Assembly: GCA_951406725.2 (NCBI GenBank)
Contig: OX597822.1
Span: forward strand, 118,110,001-118,174,000
Direction of reading: 5' to 3'
Source: Octopus vulgaris
Taxonomy: Eukaryota
Length of the DNA stretch: 64,000 nt
Position 1 is the first letter of the stretch, and each line of letters begins with the position of its first letter. A model generated the notes under the pieces. That model saw only the letters and a program-made list of their open reading frames with translations. It did not search any database and was not told the origin of the DNA. Shown in pieces: positions 55,051 through 64,000 of the stretch. A program made the translations under genes and the position numbers.

Positions 55051-56700
55051 TGTGTGTGTGTATGTGTGTGTGTGTTTGTGTGTGTGTGTATGTGTGTGTG
55101 TGTTTGTGTGTGTGTAAATGAGATAGGATTTAACCGAAAGCAAAAGGTTAAAAGTGTTCTCGTATGTAAGGAGATCGCGATGAACAATGAAAACGAAAGA
55201 AAACCAGAGGAAAGCAATAAGAGCGGGAAATGGGGAAGACCGTTTTTAGCGAAAAATTGCTATACGCCATTGCGAGAGGTGAAGACACAGACACTGGGAA
55301 GGACGTGGTGCATATTTGAAAAACAAATACCAGGTTTTATCACTTGTGTGAGTTATGAGATAACACATGGCGTCTAATTCAGAAATAAAAAACAGATTAA
55401 GTCATTTTTAATTACTTGAAATGATTAAAAGATATAGAAATAGAAAATGGAAAAGAATACTAAAACTACCAGTTAAAAATAGAAGACTAGAAATAATGTG
55501 TAAAAATAATCGGTGATTATGACTAAACGGAGATTAAGAATGGGAGGAGCGAAATGTGTGCTGAATGTGAAATAAAAATAAGATTTATTATTAAAGGAAA
55601 ATATTATGGGAAGCCGGAGCGAAACACAGATTTTGGAAAAAGAAAAGTCTTTTTGGTTTGTTGTTATAACAAAGAGGGAAAGCAAGCAGATGATGAATTA
55701 ATTACGATATGAATTAATTGCTCATTTATTGATTTGAGATGCTTGTGTTTTGTGTCTGTGTTTGTCATCCAAACTTCATTACATAATCAGTGTTCGTCTG
55801 TTTCGTCCCATTGACTCAGCAGTTCGGCAAAGTAGACCGATAGGATGAGTAGTAGATTTAACCCAAACAAAACCTCTTCGAGGTGATGCACCCGCATGGC
55901 CGCTGTCTAATGGATGAAACAAGTCAAAGATCAGGACGCAGGAACTGGTGCCAGTCCTGCTTCTCCCCAGTTCAAAGATTTGAGCAAAGTTGATTCCAAC
56001 GTCGGGACCAACTTCGTGCAAGCATTGAAGGTACGGTGGCAATTGCTAAAAATGTATGTTTAAAATAATATAATTTAATCTAATATAAATTTAATTATGA
56101 CGTCGTCGAAATTGAAATCAGAAAACCAAGTGAAACAATGTTTGAATGGATTTGACGGGATGCTGATGTACGGCTTTGATGAGTCATTAGTCTTAAAGAT
56201 GCATCGTGTAATATATTTTGAAGTAGAAAGTTAAGATTTAAAGGCAGTTGTTGCGGTTTCTGAAATTGTAATCATCAATGTTTCGGTTGGTGGTAGGCTG
56301 GTTCAGTTTAGACAAGAATGTATGAGATTCTGTACCACGCTGGAATCTTCCTGGGAACTTCGTTGAAGATACTCGTGTCTGTGCAGTGCTCAGACACTTA
56401 CGAGTAAATTTCACGAGCAGCCTATTCCGCTGATCGCATCAACTAGAACCCTTGTCGTCGTAACCGACGGAATGCCAGTTTGTATGTGTTTGTGTGTGTG
56501 GGGGGGGTGCATCTGTGTGTGTGTGTGTGCGCGTACGTGTGCGTGCGTGCGTTTTTAATTTACCCATTTTCTGTCCTATCTTGATTTTTTAAAAATTTAT
56601 TCTTGAAACCGACAAAGAAAAAAACCAAATGGAAAAACAATGGGAAATCAAAAAATACCATTCAGAGTCCTACTTCACTGAACAACGAAAACACACACAC

Positions 56701-56753
<53 letters not shown>

Positions 56754-56896
56754 TATATATATATATATATATATCAACAATAAAGGAACGGCCATAATAG
56801 GCCATTCACCCACTAGAAATAACAGCCAAAGCTTCAACCGCAAATAAAAGTTAATTCAGTAAACCAGGAGAAAATTTAAAAAACATTTACCCTGTA

Positions 56897-56996
56897 ATTT
56901 CTTATACGATATACCGTTTCATCTGCTGATAAACTAACCTGATTAAATTAAATCAAGCCAATCTTCCACAGGCCCTCAGATTCTTCAGTAAGAAAT
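56897..56996 (-). ncRNA. Type I hammerhead ribozyme (copy with 7-nt deletion in helix II)
   Basis: atttctta-CTGAAGA-atctg...cagat-GAAA-cggtatatcg-TA-taagaaat; 8-bp helix I. Confidence 0.85.
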
Positions 56997-57382
56997 AGCC
57001 CAAGACGGAACAGATATTTTCACGAGGCATTTCCGACGTTGCCAAGTTTATATCTGACCTAAAATTTTCAAATCGTCGCACTCGCGCCAAATTTATCGGC
57101 AGCAAATAAATATAAGCCGTCGATTCCATTACGGAATTAACCAGAAAATTCATAATTAATCAATATAGGGTGGCAAAAAAAATTTTGTAGAATTCTTTTG
57201 CCACCAGCGGCCTAGTAGGAAAAAATTAAAATAGTCATAGACCATTTTCAAGTTCAACATCAACAATAAAGGAACGGCCATAATAGGCCATTCACCCACT
57301 AGAAATAACAGCCAAAGCTTCAACCGCAAATAAAAGTTAATTCAGTAAACCAGGAGAAAATTTAAAAAACATTTACCCTGTA

Positions 57383-57489
57383 ATTTCTTATACGATATAC
57401 CGTTTCATCTGCTGATTAATGGTAAACTAACCTGATTAAATTAAATCAAGCCAATCTTCCACAGGCCCTCAGATTCTTCAGTAAGAAAT
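57383..57489 (-). ncRNA. Type I hammerhead ribozyme (intact copy)
   Basis: Same motif; long helix II tggaagattggcttgatt/aatcaggttagtttacca. Confidence 0.87.
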
Positions 57490-57671
57490 AGCCCAAGACG
57501 GAACAGATATTTTCACGAGGCATTTCCGACGTTGCCAAGTTTGATGTTGAACTTGAAAATGGTCTATGACTATTTTAATTTTTTCCTACTAGGCCGCTGG
57601 TGGCAAAAGAATTCTACAAAATTTTTTTTGCCACCCTATATTGATTATATATATATATATATATAAACGTT

Positions 57672-57965
57672 GGAGGCGCAATGGTCCAGTGGTTAGAGCA
57701 GCGGACTCGCGGTCGGAGGATCGCGGTTTCGATTCCCAGACCGGGCGTTGTGTGTGTTTATTGAGCGAAAACACCTAAAAGCTTCACGAGGCTCCGGCAA
57801 GGGGTGGTGATCCCTGCTGTACTCTTTCAACATTCTTTCTCCCACTCTTTCTTCTGTTGGCCTGCTCGCTTAGCCAGCGGGGTGGCGTCATTCAAAGGCT
57901 AAAACAATGCCAACGCATTGTGACCAGCGATGTGTAACAACATCTGATGGTCACGTGATCACGTG
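57672..57965 (+). mobile_element. SINE family D, tail type 3, 11-bp TSD
   Basis: Same head as 9452; TSD atataaacgtt at 57661-57671 and 57966-57976. Confidence 0.85.
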
Positions 57966-58480
57966 ATATAAACGTTACTAAATCCAATTCATTACTGGAG
58001 ATATGTTAATGATTTGGACCTTTTGTGAAGAATTGCTAATTAGGCTTGTCGCAACTCTAGAAGCTGATATGTTGTCAAACAGTGATAGAAGAGATCTTAG
58101 CACATGACAAATTAGATCAATACATATATATAATACATACAAGTATTGATTTCCAGCGTAAGCCCAGACCTGAGTGGGGTGAGTAGGGTTGGTCGGAGCG
58201 TCGCTGTCCATTGCTACAGTTCGTTTTGTTGTATACCGCGTACAAATACAAATTTACTCATAAACATGTTGCATTTGGTATATAGACACACACTCACACA
58301 CACACAAACACGCACATACACACACACACACACAAACAAACGCACACACACACACATATATGGCTTTGGTCAGCTCCGAGGCTATAGTAGAAGACACTTG
58401 CCTAAGATGTCATGCAGTGAGTCAACCCGGAACCATGTGGTTGGGAAGCAAGCTTCTTACCAGATAGTCACATCTGCGCG

Positions 58481-58555
<75 letters not shown>

Positions 58556-59121
58556 ACGTATGTATGTATACGTTTGTGTGTCTGTGTTTGTCCCCCAACA
58601 TCGCTTGACAACCGATTCTGGTGTGATTATGTCCCCGTCGCTAAGCGGTTCGGCAAGAGAGACCGATAGAATGAGTACTAGGCTAACAAAGAATGAGTCC
58701 TGGAGTCGATTTGCTCGACTAAAGGCGGTGCTCCAGCATGGCCGCAGTCAAATGACTGAATCAAATAAAAGAATAAAAGAATATATATAGATGCACACGC
58801 ACACATCCACATATATATATACGCGCGCGCACACACATATATATTATGTAAGTATATATATGTATATGTATGTATGCATATGTTTATATATATTTTTTAT
58901 TGCTCTATTGTTGATGCAGTTCTTTTAATTAGCAGGCAGGTCAGCTCTTACCAATATTTCAAGCCAAGACATTTCAACCCCATCCTCACCAATGTCCCCG
59001 TCCTCTTCTAAAATAGAAGAGTGTAATTTAAAGGATATTTGTCTGCTATTCCTAGCAATTCGAAAGACCAAGTAAATACCCTTCATTGGTTCAGATAATG
59101 ATATCGGTGTTTGTTTTTAAC

Positions 59122-59198
<77 letters not shown>

Positions 59199-60344
59199 GT
59201 AGTGAAAGGAAACTCGAAGATATTCTTTTCACGTTCTAGACGATCCCTTTCGTTTCGTCAGAGTTTGCCCAAACCGGATGTCATGATAAGAAGAAAGAAT
59301 ATTTTTAATCGCATAAAAGTCACGTCTTAATTGAATTCGGCTGAACTTTCTACGTGAGTGCACAGAGCGTTTATCTCTGTTCCTTTTTTTGTGGGGAAAG
59401 GAATGAATAATTTGATGTTATGTCGGAAACGAAATTACGACTTTTATGCTCACATGCACATCTCTCTCCGTCTCTCAGCCCTCTCTCTCCGTCTCTCAGC
59501 CCTCTCTCTCCGTCTCTCAGCCCTCTCTCTCTCCCTCTCTCTCTCTTCCAGTAGCCAACAATCTTCATTTCTGAGGACTACTACTTCTTACTGTACGATC
59601 GTACACCTCCTCCCAACTTCTTCCTCCTCCTCCTCCTCCTCTTTTTTCTTAAATCTGAGGTAAAATGACAAGATGATAAAGGATTCGATTTTTTACTAAT
59701 CATATCAATTGATCTAATCAAACTTGTCCACAAATTCTCCTAAACAGTTCATGAATACTTCGATAAAATGACATTTAAAAAAAATGTTTTAACAAATCAC
59801 CAACAGAGCTCTATTAGAGTTAATCAGTTGAAGAAATTCATTGCAATTAGTGACAAACATTCGTGTCCTACATAATAGCAAGTGGTTCATAGAGAAAAGT
59901 TATTATTTGCAACATCTCTATCAACAAGCATATTGAGTGGCCTTCTGTCTCTGATGAAAAGCAAGCAAGATTTAAAACCAGTTGGACATTTCCATTGTCT
60001 TCTGACCATGGACAGAAAGAGAAAGGAGGAAAGAGATAACACTTTTGTTTACATCTGTCGATACAAAACCAGGGAAGAGTTTACATTGCCTCACATTGCA
60101 AATATGGCTGGTGTTTCTTTTCTTTTTTTTTTCCTTTTTCTTTCTTATATTTTTTAGGAAGCTCTGTAAATGTCATAAACGTCTGAGACGCATGATAGAA
60201 ACAGAATGAATGTAAAAATTAAATATGTCATTATTATAGAGCACTATGCTGAAAACTTCAATCATGTGATGCCTAAGACGGTTTACAGTGTGATAGGAAG
60301 ATTTCTATCATATGCACCTTCATCAGTGCTTTGATCATAAGACT

Positions 60345-60560
60345 TTTTTATTGCCCAGAGGGGGATAAACATAGAGGAGACAAACAAGGACAGACAAAGG
60401 TATTAAGTCGATTACATCGACCCCAGTGCGTAACTGGTACTTAATTTATCGACCCCGAAAGGATGGAAGGCAAAGTCGACCTCGGCGGAATTTGAACTCA
60501 GAACGTAGCGGCAGACGAAATACCGCTGAGCATTTCGCCCGGCGGGCCAACGATTCTGCC
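60345..60560 (-). mobile_element. SINE family B
   Basis: Matches the 11963 and 28022 copies. Confidence 0.85.
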
Positions 60561-61008
60561 AAACCTAGAAATATTAGAATATATTTATTTAGATACATAT
60601 TTATCTATTGATTTAATCATTTAGTTAAATATTTGTATATATTTTAGGAAAGAGAGAATTCAATTATACCTTTCGTTTCATCCAGATTTAATATATCAGT
60701 TACATAGAATTTACAAAAATAATGAAATTTTCAAAAGCTCCCTATTTGAGTGTACTGGAAAGTTATACTGAAAACCATTACGTCATGCAAAAGCATATAT
60801 ACAAAAAAAATCCATATATATTTACTTGTGTGCACGCAAACACGCATATAGACACTGTTACACACAGACAGTTGCGAGACTTCGTTGGAATATGATCTAC
60901 AGTGTGACCGTTCAACTTCAACAAGTCAGAAGAGAAAATTCCAGAAAATGTATATAAATGTATTCGTATACACATGCAAACACGCATATAGCTATACTTA
61001 CGAATATC

Positions 61009-61061
<53 letters not shown>

Positions 61062-61258
61062 GTTTACAAACAAGAGGTTATCTGTGTTTTCGATGTTTTT
61101 GCGTGATTACTTCATCGGACTGCCCGACAAAGGCGGGTAACTCGGAACATTTCCATCGTTAAAGTCAATAAATATGTTCTCTACTCAAAGGCGTTGTTAA
61201 TCCTTCGATTTAATGGTAAATTGTTTTTATATATAACTTGACTTACAAAGACTTTTAT

Positions 61259-61565
<307 letters not shown>

Positions 61566-63153
61566 ATTTCGGTTATAGGAAAGTTCAATATCTTACAGTG
61601 GTAACGATTAGTAATATCACAACTAACAACTTCGAAGACTTGCACCGCCATTGGGCCAGGTTCGTCAACTATTTCAAGCTAATTTAATTCTCTCATTTCC
61701 CCCCAAAACACCTTCAGGTTAACCATTAACTCTGCTATTTCCTACTTCCCTCCTTCACCTCGAAAACATAGTGCCGTTATGTCTCGTCGAAAGAAAACTA
61801 AATTGTATTTAAGACAGAGCAAAAAAAGAATACAATAGACTTTTGCACTAATATTGCTAAGCCATTTAGCATCATATACTCTAAGATTCCATCAATAATG
61901 CTTGATAGATCCGGAGGAAACGTTGCAATTAGTGGTTAGTTACTTACAACAAACTGATGCTGCTTTCTTTTGTTGCTGGTGCAAATATAGCTTTATGTTA
62001 TAACGTAGCATATTTCGATGTATTCCTGACAATTCATTGATACAGAAAGAAACAGCATATCTAATTCTAGAACACAAAGTGGAAGAGTGCTTTATTTTCA
62101 TTGGACACTCACCAAGTTGTATTATTTCTATCATTTCCAGCACATCATGTTTTAAAATCTATGTGTTAAAACTCTCTCGATCCAGTCGATTTTGCTGTAG
62201 GCCATGCTGCGTTTATCTTTGTTGGAATGTCATAAATTCGTCATCGGTGTTTTCCTTTAGCTTAAATTCGTGAAGCGCAAATTGAATGCAAACCAGCAGA
62301 TGGCTTGTTCTTGTAATATTCCCATGGAACAGCGTTCAGCGCTGATATTTTCTGGTAAAAATTGACCATAGAAACTATTGTCCTATAGCTACAATTACAT
62401 ACATGCTACACTTAGCATCTACAGTTTAGCGAAATATTAAGTTTTGTAGAGGCTGAATCTTCACTTCGCTGCAACGACGAATTGCTTGTCAAGCCTTTCC
62501 GGGACGACTGGCATAAAAATCAAATTGCTAAACTAACTGAGCAATTGTATTGGACGGAGTTCTTCGTTTCAGAGTAGAAGTAGGTACACAGATGATGCAG
62601 TTGATGTTGCATTTTCAGTGATATGTTATGGCATCTATTACACTGTTACTACTACTAATATACAGTTTGTCTATCAGAAATAAGAAACACTACGGAATCT
62701 GTACAAACTAGTTATGTGTGTCAGTCATAATTATTCCATATGGAAAGTTGTTATAAGAATTTTGAGACTTCAGTTGCTATGAGGAATAAAGAATATAATG
62801 TTTTCGGTTCATGCCCTTCTTCCGAGAGTGAAGAAAATAGAGGAATTATTGCAGTTTTGGCTGAAAGTAATATTCTGTTTATAGCAAGAGTAAATTGTCG
62901 CTGAAGAATTAGTTGCAGCTATAACAGGATATTGCTACCGGCATCAATGCAGCAAAGCTGTTATAATTTGTAATTTTATTGTTTTCTTTTTTCCACATCA
63001 CTTTAAAGAATATCTGGCAGTATTTCTAAAAGGCCACAACTATAACGGTGTATATTTATATATTTGACACACACACATACACACACACACACATACACAT
63101 ACACACACACATACAAACACACATACACATACACACACACACATACACACACA

Positions 63154-63199
<46 letters not shown>

Positions 63200-64000
63200 T
63201 ACATACTTATACATGTATATGAATATGTAAGCGTATATATTTAAGCATTTATATATAAATGTTTGTGTGTATATGTATTTATACATGTATGTATATACAC
63301 GAGTCTCTCTCTCTCTCTCTCTCTCTCTCTTTGTATAGAAGTAAAAAGACAGATGGACACTAATAGGCTTAATGCATATATATTTACGTGGAATACAAAA
63401 TACATTGTATTACTTATTCTTTACGCCAAAAAAGAAAAGGCATAGATAATATAGATTAAAGAATATAAAATAATGGAAGGGAGTTATGTAATAGTCATGT
63501 CTTGACAGCTGTTTCGGGCGAACCATAGCTTATGTCGTAAACACTCTCGTATATAATAATGACCCATAATGTCGTAGGAGTGTGGAATAACAATAAGTTC
63601 CTATGTATCCTTTCAGCGAAGCGAGGAGGGTGATCTGATATAAAACTTGGTTGGCCGGTTCCTGCGGTTGTTGGCTGTGCTTTATATCGTGCGGAAAGGT
63701 GTAGAAGCGAGATGCAGAGAAAGTTATCGTAAGAGGTGCTGGATAAGTGCACATACTAGGTTTACTGGCAAGGGGTTACTGAAGGAACGCTACACAGTGA
63801 GAGAGAAACAATCATAGAGACAGAGGAGGGGGAAGAAGGGGAAGGAGGAGGTGGAAGAAATGACAAAGTAGTTATGGGTTTAATTTTGCGCTTAATTTCC
63901 TTTTATTGTAATAAATATTTTTCTCGTGAACATTAATATTCATTGCGCAGGCGTAGTTTCGTGGTAAGAAGCTTGCTTCCGGTGTATCGTTTGTCACTCG

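Larger units (their letters stand above)
56773..57647 (-). mobile_element. Non-coding retrozyme/mini-Penelope-like element (about 1.8 tandem units with an inversion)
   Basis: Direct repeats 56773-57049 and 57259-57542; perfect 107-bp inverted repeats 57157-57263 and 57541-57647; (TA)n on both sides. Confidence 0.8.

Noticed and set aside
57157-57647. Tc1-like MITE with 107-bp TIRs that captured flanking DNA
   Set aside because: The interior is a hammerhead-bearing direct repeat, and the inversion point matches the opposite end of the element; twin priming of a multimer explains it better.
59462-59530. 21-bp unit repeated three times
   Set aside because: Minisatellite derived from (CT)n; no spacers, not CRISPR.
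61900-63000. Complex unique sequence with short ORFs
   Set aside because: No recognisable domain or convincing splice-site pair by eye.

Overview
This is eukaryotic, AT-rich, microsatellite-dense genomic DNA. The SINE repertoire and repeat landscape suggest an octopus or other coleoid cephalopod (inference). There is no intact long gene. Nearly all listed ORFs are translations of simple repeats or repeat antisense. Content: four tRNA-headed SINE families (labelled A-D here); truncated LINE 3' ends (CR1/L2, RTE, R4/Dong, HERO); two mariner relics; Helitron/Helentron-type non-autonomous elements; a tRNA-Arg(ACG) pseudogene fused to a LINE tail; and one plausible claudin/PMP22-like coding exon (33851-33949). 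The most striking signal is self-cleaving-RNA architecture. (1) Six well-formed type I hammerhead ribozymes lie in Penelope/retrozyme-like non-coding elements next to (TA)n tracts. These include a 486-nt tandem unit inserted with a twin-priming-like inversion (56773-57647) and a 193-bp-arm palindrome carrying a hammerhead on each strand (41513-41902). (2) The 3' UTR of a HERO-type retrotransposon (22584-22696, minus) has a complete hammerhead catalytic core whose strands occur in a non-canonical, pseudoknotted order. All calls are by eye. Family names and activities need computational and biochemical confirmation.
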